64,000 nucleotides of DNA from Candidatus Melainabacteria bacterium 17Bon1m (GTDB lineage Bacteria > Cyanobacteriota > Vampirovibrionia > Obscuribacterales > Obscuribacteraceae). Positions within the stretch are counted from its first letter, which is position 1, and the number at the start of each line of letters is the position of its first letter. Both the position numbers and the translations under genes were made by a program. The notes under the pieces are model-generated. The model was not told the DNA's origin. It worked only from the letters and a program-made list of their open reading frames with translations, and ran no database searches. The stretch is taken from contig JAVLKG010000009.1 in NCBI GenBank assembly GCA_032128875.1, positions 1 to 64,000 on the forward strand, given 5' to 3'. Positions 1 through 10,065 of the stretch are shown here, piece after piece.

Positions 1-149
1 TCACCAAATCAGCCCAATCTAAATCGACCAACCACTCAATTTCGCGTCTATCCTCAGCCGCTGCGGCGGCTGACAGCTCTGCTGTCTGCTGCCGCAGTGG
101 AGCCGTAGCCGTTGCAAGGCTGCGGGCTAATTGACGTCCGACAGGAAAT

Positions 150-2144
150 CTACTGCTGCACCCTTGCGGCTGCTTGTTCTGCCGCTTCGAAGTAGAGTCT
201 TGCAAGATAACCGCTGGCGAATGCTTGTTGTTCAAAAGCATGGCGCATGTATTGGTCGTAGGAGATTTGGCGGAAACCCTGCAAATCTCTTGTAACAGCG
301 CTCAGTTCGCTTTGAATTGCGGGCACTTCAGTGCTGCCAGTTTTGATCATTTGACCTACGTTGCGCAGACGTTCTTCCACATTGCCCAGAGGCAATCCGT
401 TCAATGACTTCCTTCCTGCCATTACATCGAATAGCGGTCCTCTGCTGTTTGTCAACGAACTCTGCAATCGTGAAATACCGTTTTGCTCGCCAAGCAAAGT
501 CATTACAGGTTGCATCTGGCTAAGCATTCCATCAATTGCTGGGCGTGTGATTAATGGCTTTTCCGTGAGATAGTTTGAAATCGAAGCTTCATTTCTGCGC
601 GCTTCCAGTCGTTCTGCTAGTGTTAGCTTTTTGCCGTGGCGATTGCTCGCGATTTGATCGAGAAACTCATCTGTCGGCTCGTCGCCGAATTGTTTTTTGT
701 AGTTGTTCTTGATACTGGTTCTTTGGCTTTCCGTCAGTTTCATTCCGACGCCGCGCTCATCCATCATGCGGCGAATTGTTTGATTCTCTTGAATGACGTG
801 CGAATATTCATGCACGATTTTTTCAACAAGCTCTGGCGACATTTTGTCACCTATGATGCCGTCGGGACCAATTTGAATGATGCCTTTTCCTTTTAAGCAC
901 TGGGCCTGAAGTCCGGGAGTGTCGGCAATCAACAACCCAACGCGCGGCAGATTTTGTGTTTCTCCCCAATGATTGAGTGCGTTTTCAATGTCTTCTGCTC
1001 GTCGGGTTAAACCTTGATTGAATGTCTCAACTTTCGCACTAAGCTTTTGCTCCATCTCCGCGAGCTGCGGTGTTCTCTCGCCCTTTGCCTTGTGCAATCC
1101 TGTTGTTAGATCGTCAATTGTTTGCCCAATTTCGGTGGATAGACTCTTTAGCGGTTGCTTTGACCATTGTTGCGTTTCCAGTTGCAATCCGGCAACCAAG
1201 CCTGACACCGCGCGCTCATTGTTGAGCGGTGCGATTGCGTTTTTCGCCATCTTGTCGACGAGCATAATTCTCTGTCCGCGCGAAAAATCAGTGAAGTCGA
1301 CCGCTGGTGTTTCTGCATTACCATGCATTGGCACCTCTTTTATCTTGCGCCCCTTGCTGCCGACGCTCAATCCGTCCGTTTCTTTAGACAGCCAACCGAG
1401 ATATCGATTTGCGCTTGATGTTTCTGCTGCGGGAGTTGCTTCCGCTGAGAATTTCGCCAGCTCCGAATGTCTTGACCTTACTGCAATTTCGCTTTCGGCA
1501 CGAGAGAATAATCTGTGTCCGATCGGCAGCACCATATTCAGTGCCGCACCACCAGCGCCGCTGGAGAGAATGTCTGTAGCTGATTGCTGTTTTCCTTCGC
1601 TCAGTTCTGTGTGCACAGCCTTCGCTGTCGCGCCCCCTGCAAAGCCTGCAGCTCCGCGCAGCAATAGACCGTAAGGCGAACGTCCCGCAAGTGCATTGCC
1701 CGCCTCGAATATCCCGAAGGCAACAGTGCCACTGGCTGCATTGCCGAAGCGCGTTTCGCCGTCTACAGGCATACGCATGGCATCGTACGTGGCGGCTCCC
1801 AAGATGTTTGCGGCGTGTGGACTGGTAATTACTCTAGCTACCTGTCCTTCTGCAGCAAAGGCGTTGCCCAGCTGTCCCAATGGTTTTGCTGCAAGCTTCC
1901 CGGCAACGACATAAGGAGCGATCATTCCGACCGTGGAGGAGACCGTCCGCACGGCTTTCGCAGCCGTCGAGTCAGTTGCCTTGCTCTCAATTAGATCGCA
2001 GACAGGCAAGAGCTCTGTGCCGGTAAGTTTGTTGAACGTTGACGCAATCGCGCGCTCCGGCTCGATGAGCGCACTGTTGATGATTGGTTTTATGAGATTC
2101 TCCTCTGCAAATTCAGCAGCGGAAGAACCAGATCTTTCGACCAT
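150..2144 (-). CDS. Hypothetical protein with Gly/Ala-rich hydrophobic N-terminal region and C-terminal zincin-like (HExxH) metallopeptidase domain
   Basis: 664-aa ORF; IVHEYSHVIQE motif preceded by a GIIQIG strand, and a later FEQQAF Glu as possible third Zn ligand. Confidence 0.6.
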   Translation of the reverse strand: MVERSGSSAAEFAEENLIKPIINSALIEPERAIASTFNKLTGTELLPVCDLIESKATDSTAAKAVRTVSSTVGMIAPYVVAGKLAAKPLGQLGNAFAAEGQVARVITSPHAANILGAATYDAMRMPVDGETRFGNAASGTVAFGIFEAGNALAGRSPYGLLLRGAAGFAGGATAKAVHTELSEGKQQSATDILSSGAGGAALNMVLPIGHRLFSRAESEIAVRSRHSELAKFSAEATPAAETSSANRYLGWLSKETDGLSVGSKGRKIKEVPMHGNAETPAVDFTDFSRGQRIMLVDKMAKNAIAPLNNERAVSGLVAGLQLETQQWSKQPLKSLSTEIGQTIDDLTTGLHKAKGERTPQLAEMEQKLSAKVETFNQGLTRRAEDIENALNHWGETQNLPRVGLLIADTPGLQAQCLKGKGIIQIGPDGIIGDKMSPELVEKIVHEYSHVIQENQTIRRMMDERGVGMKLTESQRTSIKNNYKKQFGDEPTDEFLDQIASNRHGKKLTLAERLEARRNEASISNYLTEKPLITRPAIDGMLSQMQPVMTLLGEQNGISRLQSSLTNSRGPLFDVMAGRKSLNGLPLGNVEERLRNVGQMIKTGSTEVPAIQSELSAVTRDLQGFRQISYDQYMRHAFEQQAFASGYLARLYFEAAEQAAARVQQ

Positions 2145-2298
2145 ATTTTTGGAGCAAGGCGCGGGAGCAGTTAATGATCTGCATCTTAGTCTTTTAGTGT
2201 AGACGCCTCAATGGGGGATGTCCCATGGCCGACCCCTTCACCGACCCTACATTTTTCCAAACCTGATAAACTCCTTTGCGTGCAAACAGGGGGGGGGC

Positions 2299-3162
2299 AT
2301 GGACATCGCGCTCATCACATACGACGGTCTGCCGGATCTCGATCCTGACGACTGCCTGCTTCGCGACGAATTGGTCAAGCGCGGACACAAGTGCCACACC
2401 TGCATTTGGGATGACGAATCTATCGATTGGTCGAAGTTTGATGTGTCCATTATGCGTTCTGCCTGGGATTACCATCTGAAAGAAAAGAAGTTCCACGCCT
2501 GGATAGACAAGGTTTCACGCGTATCAAAATTGCTGAATCCTGCTGCGCTTATGAGATGGAGCAGCCACAAAACTTACTTGAAAGAGCTCGATGCGGCAGG
2601 CCTGCCTGTTGTGGAAACTTTGTGGGTCTCGCAAGGCGGAACTGCCGCCGATCTGTTCGAAAGACTACAGTGGGATAAGGCTATTGTGAAACCGGCGGTC
2701 GGGCTTTCGACCTTCGGAGTGAAGAAATTTGTGCTGGATACTGAGGGCAAAAAGGCTGCAGCCGATCACGCGAACGATCTTGCTAAGAATGGCGACGTTA
2801 TGATTCAACCTTTCCTTTCGTCTGTGGACGAGTACGGTGAAAGGGCGCTGATCTTTATCGGCGGCAAGTATTCTCACACGGTTCGCAAATCTAGCTTTCA
2901 AAAGCTCGCCCCCAGCGGCCACGCCGGTGAAAGCTCCGTTCCATCCGATCCAGAGGAAGTGGCATTAGCCGAAAAGGTGATTGGACACCTGAAGGAAAGT
3001 CCGCTTTATGCTCGTGTCGACCTCGTTCGTGACTCTGACGGCAAGCCGAAAGTTTTGGAGCTCGAATTGGTCGAGCCGTCGCTGTTCTTCTGCTACGCTC
3101 CCGCGGCACCTGCCATGTTTGCCGACTCCCTCGAGCGTATCGTCGAATTGCATAAAGTTTGA
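2299..3162 (+). CDS. ATP-grasp ligase (RimK/glutathione synthetase-like)
   Basis: MDIALIT start; RSAWDY, IVKPAVG, MIQPFL, YARVDL and LELELVEPSLF motifs of the ATP-grasp fold. Confidence 0.85.
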   Translation: MDIALITYDGLPDLDPDDCLLRDELVKRGHKCHTCIWDDESIDWSKFDVSIMRSAWDYHLKEKKFHAWIDKVSRVSKLLNPAALMRWSSHKTYLKELDAAGLPVVETLWVSQGGTAADLFERLQWDKAIVKPAVGLSTFGVKKFVLDTEGKKAAADHANDLAKNGDVMIQPFLSSVDEYGERALIFIGGKYSHTVRKSSFQKLAPSGHAGESSVPSDPEEVALAEKVIGHLKESPLYARVDLVRDSDGKPKVLELELVEPSLFFCYAPAAPAMFADSLERIVELHKV

Positions 3163-3214
3163 AGCCTGGCTTTCGAACCGTGCGAAATAAATTCGCTTGG
3201 GGCATAATCGGACT

Positions 3215-4384
3215 ATGTCCCGCAGTCTCCGAGTGACTTTACTGGCTTCAGTCTGCCTGCTTTCTTTTGCAGGGCAGGCGTTGGCGGACGTCAACGACAC
3301 CCTGCGAGCAAGAATTCTCCAGGAGAAGATTTTTACTCCGACGACCAATCTTTTCGTCCAGGTTTTGGATAGACAAGCCATTCTGAGAGTCGGAAATTAT
3401 CAGCCTAACACTGAAGAAGTTATGCGCATCGACAGTGTCCTTGCTGCAAAAAAAATTATTGATGCTTATCCGCAAATTTCTTGTGTCGTGGTTCGCTATG
3501 CATGGTCCACGGACAAATACACCGACATTTTTGTTACGTCAAAACAGATAGTATCTTTTGGCGCCGGCACGATAGAAAAATCTGAATTGCTTGCCGGACT
3601 CACTTGCATAAAGCTGAGTTCCGGAGACTCGCCGCAATTTGTTTTCAGCCGATACTTCGTTGAGGGCGAATCAGCGCTCGCTAAAGGCGATAGCGGTAAG
3701 GCAGAATTGCTATTCAATACGGCTTTTCAGGAAGCACCCAACTACAAAGCTGCTGCCTTGGAATCAAAAGTGGCTACTGATTACATCGAACTCTCACGCA
3801 ATTATTCTGCTCGCGAGGACTACGACAACGCGGCTCGCGTGCTGAAGAAAATCATCGAGTTGCGAGAGGCAGCGGGTGGTGGACCAGACAATATAGAGAC
3901 TGCGAAGCTATATCTCGCGCTCGGCGACAACTATATCGCGGCGCGTCGCCAGGCTGATTTAGAGGAAACGCTAGGCAAGTTCGTCAATGGTGCCAAAGGG
4001 ACTCCGATAGCTAGCACTGTTGTTTATGCTCAAGCTTTGGAAAAACTCGCCAGCGGAATGCAGGCTGGAAACCCAAAAGAGCAGGAGCTTTTGCGCGAAG
4101 CACTAAAGGTAAGAGAAGCTCTGCCTGGTGCTGAAGACATCAATTTGGTAATGTCTTTGGAGAAACTCGCCGACAGTCTGAGCAAGACAGCGAAGCATGC
4201 AGAGGCTGTTGATTTGTACAAGCGTGCGATTATCGCATTGGATAGAGCTATGGCGTCAAAAGATCAAGCGCGTCGTATCAGCTATGAAGTCTACAGCACA
4301 AGCGTTAATCGCATGCATCACAAACTCGCTGCATTAGGACACGGTCCAAACGCAAAATCGCAGTCGTCATCAGCTCATTGGTGA
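3215..4384 (+). CDS. Exported TPR-repeat protein
   Basis: N-terminal signal peptide (ending AGQALA) and C-terminal TPR-like helical repeats (e.g. AEAVDLYKRAIIALD). Confidence 0.7.
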   Translation: MSRSLRVTLLASVCLLSFAGQALADVNDTLRARILQEKIFTPTTNLFVQVLDRQAILRVGNYQPNTEEVMRIDSVLAAKKIIDAYPQISCVVVRYAWSTDKYTDIFVTSKQIVSFGAGTIEKSELLAGLTCIKLSSGDSPQFVFSRYFVEGESALAKGDSGKAELLFNTAFQEAPNYKAAALESKVATDYIELSRNYSAREDYDNAARVLKKIIELREAAGGGPDNIETAKLYLALGDNYIAARRQADLEETLGKFVNGAKGTPIASTVVYAQALEKLASGMQAGNPKEQELLREALKVREALPGAEDINLVMSLEKLADSLSKTAKHAEAVDLYKRAIIALDRAMASKDQARRISYEVYSTSVNRMHHKLAALGHGPNAKSQSSSAHW

Positions 4385-4401
4385 CTAACGGAATACCGCA
4401 A

Positions 4402-5631
4402 TCAGCTGCCAATTGACGTTCTTAGGATTTGCATCGCTCGCTTGAGTTGAATGTCTTTGACTGCGCGTTCTGTTCGCGGTAATTCTCGTTCTGTAAACCA
4501 CCATGGACCCTTGCCATTATTGATGTCAGCTTTAGATAGTTTGACTTCTTCGTCAGGTTGAACAGCTTGGATAGACGCCAAGTCCGAGTCTTCGCCGTTC
4601 CTAATCATTTCAAACGTTATGAAATAGCCGCCTTCAAGAACATATGTACCATTCTTGCCTTGGGAGATTTCGTTGGTTTGCTCTCCAACAAGTATCGCCG
4701 ATTGCTGTTTTTGAAGTTCGTTGCAAATGGCGACTGCTGGACCTTTTGTTTCATTGTTCGTTATTAGGACAATTTGTTTGCGATAGTTTTTCTTTTCCAA
4801 CGATTGGCAAAATGACTTCGCTATAGAAAGTGTTTCCAGCCCTCCGGTATCTCTAAAATCAATGATGATTCCTTTCGCGCGGGAAGTGGAAGAATCGAAT
4901 TCCTTTACTTTGTTATTTGAAGTTCCGAGCAAGAGATTGAACTTGATGTATTCGATATTGTTGTCCAGCATTCCATGAACGTTTTCTAAATCAAAATTTC
5001 TTTGTTGCTTGAATGACCTTAGTTGCCCGTCTCTCAACACCGTCAATTCTACAGTTGAGTGGGGGCGCCCTTTCATCCTCTCAATTACTCTAGAAAGGTT
5101 TTGCGGATAGCGTTGAATTGGTGTTCCGTTAACTGCATAGATAACGTCTCCAGGTCGTAGTTGCACCAATCCGCAATTCCCTCTGGAAGGATAAATGGAC
5201 TTTACTACTACTCGCTCCTGATCATCTAGTCTCACCGAAACACCGATACCCTGTGGAAACCATCCTCCACAGCCTATAACGGGAGCAAATCTCACGTGAG
5301 ATCTTGGTTCAAGACTCGCCAGCATGCTATCAATCGCAACACAAGCATCTAGGTGGGTTTTCAGTTTGCCTTTGTAATGCTGTTTCCATCTAGCCCAATC
5401 TTGCCCATTGAAAGACCGATCGCTGTTTCGTTCTTGAACTACACTCCATGCTTGTTCAAATAATTCAAAGGGAGAGATATTAGCCATCGGAGTTTGATCT
5501 GGAGACAAACCATCTCCAAGATCTAGTCCACAAGCTGGCTTTAATGTGCTCCCACTGGCACAAATTAATGCGATTGCAACTATTCGTGTGTGCAGTGTAG
5601 GAATTGTTTTGATTTTAGAATGAGTGTTCAT
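4402..5631 (-). CDS. S41/CtpA-like PDZ-containing protease homolog, probably catalytically degenerate
   Basis: Signal peptide, CtpA-like N-domain (IDSMLASL), PDZ (LRPGDVIYAVNG...TVELTVLRDG), IIDFRDTGG, ILVGEQT, DIQLKRAMQIL; SASASE and GKG motifs not conserved. Confidence 0.7.
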   Translation of the reverse strand: MNTHSKIKTIPTLHTRIVAIALICASGSTLKPACGLDLGDGLSPDQTPMANISPFELFEQAWSVVQERNSDRSFNGQDWARWKQHYKGKLKTHLDACVAIDSMLASLEPRSHVRFAPVIGCGGWFPQGIGVSVRLDDQERVVVKSIYPSRGNCGLVQLRPGDVIYAVNGTPIQRYPQNLSRVIERMKGRPHSTVELTVLRDGQLRSFKQQRNFDLENVHGMLDNNIEYIKFNLLLGTSNNKVKEFDSSTSRAKGIIIDFRDTGGLETLSIAKSFCQSLEKKNYRKQIVLITNNETKGPAVAICNELQKQQSAILVGEQTNEISQGKNGTYVLEGGYFITFEMIRNGEDSDLASIQAVQPDEEVKLSKADINNGKGPWWFTERELPRTERAVKDIQLKRAMQILRTSIGS

Positions 5632-5975
5632 GTATTCAAATCTAAACGCGTTTACCTACTCGTCAATGCAATTTTGAAGCATTGGCGAATCGGTGTCCAG
5701 TTTATCTTGTGGTCAGACAAACGAAGGGGACGCACGTATAAGTGTGCTTGCGCGTCTTCTTATAAGCCGGCGAGCCGCCGGCGCTCCCAGTTAGTATCCA
5801 TGTTAACGCTCGCGATGTGAGCGCTTCACTGGGATTCGGACAAGTTGATAAGCTGGTGTCTTCGGCGCGCAGGCATCGATCGTAAATTCAATTGCCGGTG
5901 CGATCAAAGACTTAGTAAATGCGGACAGTGTGTGGTAAACAGACAAGAGTGGGGATGAGGCTTTTATTCTCATTT

Positions 5976-6794
5976 TTAGAACTCGCTTGCATTGCCTCCG
6001 ACGGGATTTCCATACTCGTCGAAGAATTGAGACATTCTTTCAGTAATCTCTCCATCGTCCGCGTATTCGACTACATCTACGCAGGTCCTCACCCCATGCG
6101 CATTGTAGACGCAGAGCTCTCTGCGTTCGAGATTATTCGAGGCGGTGTAAAATTCTTGGCTCTCCTCCAGAAAAGCACCGGCTCCGGAATGAAAAAGTGT
6201 CTTAGTAAAACGGGTCACATAGCCGGCTTCGTCGAAATAGAGATTTTCAGTAGCTGAGCGATGTTTTGAATCGAGCCACTGAACTTGCTCCCGTCGAAGT
6301 AAACGACCGCTTGTGATATCAACATAGTGATTTACTGTGGTTTGCGGCAACCCTCCTTGATATTCAGTTTGTCCTTGAAACACCGTGTGCATGCCAACCA
6401 TCTGGCGTTCGACACGACGAATTACATCTCCTTCTGCAGAAATTACAACGACTGATTCGTTTGACTGATTGCCCTCCGCGTAAGTGGTTGCTTTAGTCAA
6501 TCTGCTTCCGTCCGGCAAAGCGTTGTGCTCGGTAATGCGAAGTGCCGAGCCGCTTACAGGATCTAATTCGGTTTCTGATTGACTAGCGGAAGATTGTTTG
6601 ACTATGCGTATGAGACGCTGCTCGCTGTCGAACGTCTTTTCGGTTTCAATTTGAGTCTTTGCATCGCGTGTGCGCAATTGGTAAGTAGTGACGCCGGCAG
6701 CGTCCGTGTGCGCTTCTAGCTTTAGCGACTCGTCCTTCGACGAAGCAACAGCGGGCGTGTAATCACCCAGTGAAGAACTCATGTGGGACTCCAT
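5976..6794 (-). CDS. Hypothetical beta-hairpin repeat protein (YD/RHS- or YwqK-like repeats)
   Basis: Recurring (F/Y)DxxG-type turns: TFDSEQRL, YFDEAGYV, YNAHGV, YADDGEI, FFDEYGNPV. Confidence 0.55.
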   Translation of the reverse strand: MESHMSSSLGDYTPAVASSKDESLKLEAHTDAAGVTTYQLRTRDAKTQIETEKTFDSEQRLIRIVKQSSASQSETELDPVSGSALRITEHNALPDGSRLTKATTYAEGNQSNESVVVISAEGDVIRRVERQMVGMHTVFQGQTEYQGGLPQTTVNHYVDITSGRLLRREQVQWLDSKHRSATENLYFDEAGYVTRFTKTLFHSGAGAFLEESQEFYTASNNLERRELCVYNAHGVRTCVDVVEYADDGEITERMSQFFDEYGNPVGGNASEF

Positions 6795-6978
6795 TTAAGG
6801 ATCGGTCTAAAAATATCCGCGCGGCAAAATGCCGACCGGAAGTTGATTTTAGACTTGAGTAGTAAGTTGATGCGACTAACAGGCTAACGAAGGCGGAGAA
6901 AAAATACTCCAGGGTGACTTAATGTACATTGGAAATCAACCAGTTGTCAAGTAAAGTTTTCGTCAAGGCGGCTGGCTT

Positions 6979-8385
6979 TTAGCCCAGTGCCAAGCCGCCG
7001 GTGGCTGTTTCTTTGTACTTCTGGTTCATGTCGAGACCAGTCTGCTTCATCACTTCGAGCGCTCTATCAAGACTGATCAAGTGGTTTCCATCTGACGCTA
7101 GCGACAAAGCCGCGGCATTCAAAGCTTTCACCGCGCCCATTGCGTTTCTCTCAATGCAAGGCACTTGCACCAGTCCTTTTATCGGATCGCAAGTCATTCC
7201 CAAGTGGTGCTCGATTCCAATTTCAGCAGCTTGTTCGATTTGGAACGGACTGCCGCCCAACATTGCCACTGCTCCACCTGCCGCCATCGCGCATGAGGTG
7301 CCGACTTCGCCCTGGCAGCCAACTTCAGCTCCACTTATGGACGCGTGCACTTTGACGAGAGCACCAATGACTGACGCCACGATCAATCCATTTTGCAAAT
7401 CCGTCTGCGTGAGATTATTGCTTTCTTGAAGCGTTCGCCACACTGCCGGAATCAGTCCTGATGAGCCATTTGTCGGTGCCGTCACCACTTTTCCGCCAGC
7501 AGCATTCTCTTCATTCACAGCCATCGCGTATACAGATGGACGCAAATCATTGCCGGCCCACGCCGGCATCTTGCCTTCCTTAAGCTGCTGGTAGAGCCCT
7601 TTTGCGCGGCGTTTTACATTGAGCCCGCCTGGCAAAATTCCTTCAGTGTTCAGGCCGCGCTCAATGCATCTCGTGAATGTATCGAGCACGTCGTTCAAGT
7701 TTTTCCTGAGCTGCGACTCTGTCATGCCCAGTGATTCTTGGTTTTCGATGACTAGCTGCCATGGCTTCAGTCCGGTCTTAACACACTGCTCAATAAACTC
7801 CGCAGCAGAATTATATGGATGTGGAACAGTCGCGAGCGATTCTTCTCTTTCAGGAGGGCGGCGTTTTCCCTCTTCATCTGTGGTTTCTATAAAACCACCA
7901 CCGACGGAAAGAATCAGGCATTCTGATATAAGTTTGTCGCTGTCATAAAGACGAAAACGAATTGTGTTGGGGTGCGGCAAACCGTTGCCGTCAATAAGAA
8001 AACCTTGCCACAAAATATCTATCGAAGGCGTAAATCTAATTTTGACCTTGCCGGTGTCAATTCCCCCGGTGGATTCGAGATCGGGCATTGCTGCCCATAT
8101 GGCATCCGGTTCGGCTGACTTTGGGTGTAAACCGATGAGTCCGGCGCAAACGGCTCCATCGGTTGCGTGCCCCTGACCGGTTGCGGACAGACTTCCGAAC
8201 AATTCGACAGTCACGTGCAAGAGATGGCCGGCTGCCCCGCCCAGCTTTTTGATGTGCTGGTCGATGACGTTTTTCCTGAAATCAAGTGCGGCAATCATCG
8301 GACCCACAGTGTGCGAACTGCTGGGGCCTATGCCGATTTTGAACATGTCGAGAGGACCAATCAGGTCCGCGCGCGTCGGGTTCAT
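6979..8385 (-). CDS. sdaA: L-serine ammonia-lyase (Fe-S dependent, single chain)
   Basis: KIGIGPSSSHTVGPM, AVNEENAAGGKVVTAPTNG, SISGAEVGCQGEVG, HHLGMTCDP, PCIERN, KYKETATGGLA. Confidence 0.96.
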   Translation of the reverse strand: MNPTRADLIGPLDMFKIGIGPSSSHTVGPMIAALDFRKNVIDQHIKKLGGAAGHLLHVTVELFGSLSATGQGHATDGAVCAGLIGLHPKSAEPDAIWAAMPDLESTGGIDTGKVKIRFTPSIDILWQGFLIDGNGLPHPNTIRFRLYDSDKLISECLILSVGGGFIETTDEEGKRRPPEREESLATVPHPYNSAAEFIEQCVKTGLKPWQLVIENQESLGMTESQLRKNLNDVLDTFTRCIERGLNTEGILPGGLNVKRRAKGLYQQLKEGKMPAWAGNDLRPSVYAMAVNEENAAGGKVVTAPTNGSSGLIPAVWRTLQESNNLTQTDLQNGLIVASVIGALVKVHASISGAEVGCQGEVGTSCAMAAGGAVAMLGGSPFQIEQAAEIGIEHHLGMTCDPIKGLVQVPCIERNAMGAVKALNAAALSLASDGNHLISLDRALEVMKQTGLDMNQKYKETATGGLALG

Positions 8386-8453
8386 AATTTCGCTGCTTTA
8401 ACGTGCCAGTAGCGGATTCTACCAGATTGAGCCACTGCGCAACTTTATGGCAA

Positions 8454-10043
8454 TTAAAAGAAGATGCGTTCTATCGGGTATATCGCCGTGATTGAGGAAA
8501 ACGCATTGTAAGTGACAAAGGTGTTCCAGAAAGAATGCAGAAGAATGCCGGGGATAATGCTTTTGGTTTTTTGAAATAGGTAGACCGTGACGATACCCAG
8601 CATAAAGTGGTGACCCGCTGTGTACGGATTGGCGTGGAAGTGTGCAAGAGTGAACAACGCAGCGCTTAGAATCGCAGCTGCAAAACAGCCAATCTTTGTT
8701 CTAAAAGCGGAGTAAAGATAACCTCGAAATAATGCTTCTTCTGCAATCGGAGCGAAAACCGTTATTGTCAAAATTTGCGGAAGAATCGTTGACTTATTGA
8801 TGGCATCGAAGAAGTCTTCCATGCTGGAAGCGTCAGTGACATTGCTAGGCAAAAGAACTGCAACGATACCCAGCATAATCGACAGCACTGACACGACGAA
8901 AAAAGCGATTCCAGCTGTTCGAATGAATGCACCCTTCTTCAATGATGCGAGCTCCCATCGAAATCTGAAACCCTCTTGGAAGGAAAGTCCTTGCTGTCTT
9001 ATGGAGAATTCGTACGTTGTGAACAGCATCGCCGGAGCAAACAACATTGTCTCGATGCTCCGTGCCATTGCATCAGAAAGGAACCCTTGTAATGCGTAAC
9101 GGACAAACAAGCACAAGATTGAGGAGCAAAAGACGGCTATGCAAATCGAAAAAACCGTATAGAGAACCGGTTTTGGATTTGGGTATGCAATCGCTTCAGC
9201 GCTCGGCTCTATAGGGCGCTTCTTCCGGAGATTCCAGAGGAGACCAATGAGGCAGAAAAAACCGCAAATAAAAGTCCCAAGATCGACGAGAAGCAAAGTC
9301 ATATCATGACTTTTAATTTTGGCGCAGTGCGCTTTCAATTCTTGGAGCGCTAGCTTTCTGTCTCCGTCGCCCGTATAGCGTGAGCGAACGAGAAACGCTT
9401 CGCGCATTATCTTGTCGGTGAAGGCCGCATTGATTTCATTGGTTGAAATTATCGTGGCTAACTTTTTTTCGGAATCTAATGCATCCGACGCTCTGAGGGC
9501 GAGAGATAAGTCTTCTCCCGATGTATTTTTGGAGAGGTCGCTAAAATCCTTAATCGGCTCTTTGAGAAAACTGTTTACCAGTACAAGCCTGGTTAAAGGA
9601 TAAGTATTCTCGTGTCTATCTATTTCTGACAGGAGCGCCGTTTGCGCTTTCTTGAGCGATTTCTTGTCGCATCCGTTTCCCAAAGTCGAATACTCTTCCA
9701 GCAAAACATCGTCCGAGCCAAATTTTTTGTCTGCGAGTGCGTTGTCGAAAAGATAATTGGAGTAAATAAGTTTATCTTTTAAGATTGTGGTTGCTTGCGG
9801 TCTGTGACTGGCGACAGACGGAAACATCGGAACTACATCTTTTGAAGCGATTACTGCAGCCGCGACTAAAGCCAGCGGAATTAGGAGCAGCGATGCGCAG
9901 TCGTTGAAAGAGAGTTGTTTGTTTTGAATGGAAAACATTTTTCCATCATAAATGAAAAGCTGTGGTTGGGCAGAGCATTGAGACCCGCGGATAGCCAGGC
10001 AGTGGATTTCGAGCGGCGAAAATTTTTTATTTTCACCTACCAA
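8454..10043 (-). CDS. CPBP (CAAX/Abi) family intramembrane metalloprotease with extracytoplasmic N-terminal domain
   Basis: APIAEEALFRGYL, FTLAH, HSFWN motifs and multiple TM segments; real start may be ATG at 9938. Confidence 0.85.
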   Translation of the reverse strand: MVGENKKFSPLEIHCLAIRGSQCSAQPQLFIYDGKMFSIQNKQLSFNDCASLLLIPLALVAAAVIASKDVVPMFPSVASHRPQATTILKDKLIYSNYLFDNALADKKFGSDDVLLEEYSTLGNGCDKKSLKKAQTALLSEIDRHENTYPLTRLVLVNSFLKEPIKDFSDLSKNTSGEDLSLALRASDALDSEKKLATIISTNEINAAFTDKIMREAFLVRSRYTGDGDRKLALQELKAHCAKIKSHDMTLLLVDLGTFICGFFCLIGLLWNLRKKRPIEPSAEAIAYPNPKPVLYTVFSICIAVFCSSILCLFVRYALQGFLSDAMARSIETMLFAPAMLFTTYEFSIRQQGLSFQEGFRFRWELASLKKGAFIRTAGIAFFVVSVLSIMLGIVAVLLPSNVTDASSMEDFFDAINKSTILPQILTITVFAPIAEEALFRGYLYSAFRTKIGCFAAAILSAALFTLAHFHANPYTAGHHFMLGIVTVYLFQKTKSIIPGILLHSFWNTFVTYNAFSSITAIYPIERIFF

Positions 10044-10065
10044 ATTACTTAAGCTTGGCTCGCTC

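Noticed and set aside
1-149. Partial gene at the left edge
   Set aside because: Several frames are open but none has a supportable start or motif within 149 nt.
5976-6794. True Rhs toxin
   Set aside because: Too short, with no DPxG-core motif, toxin tip or immunity gene; only generic beta-hairpin repeats.
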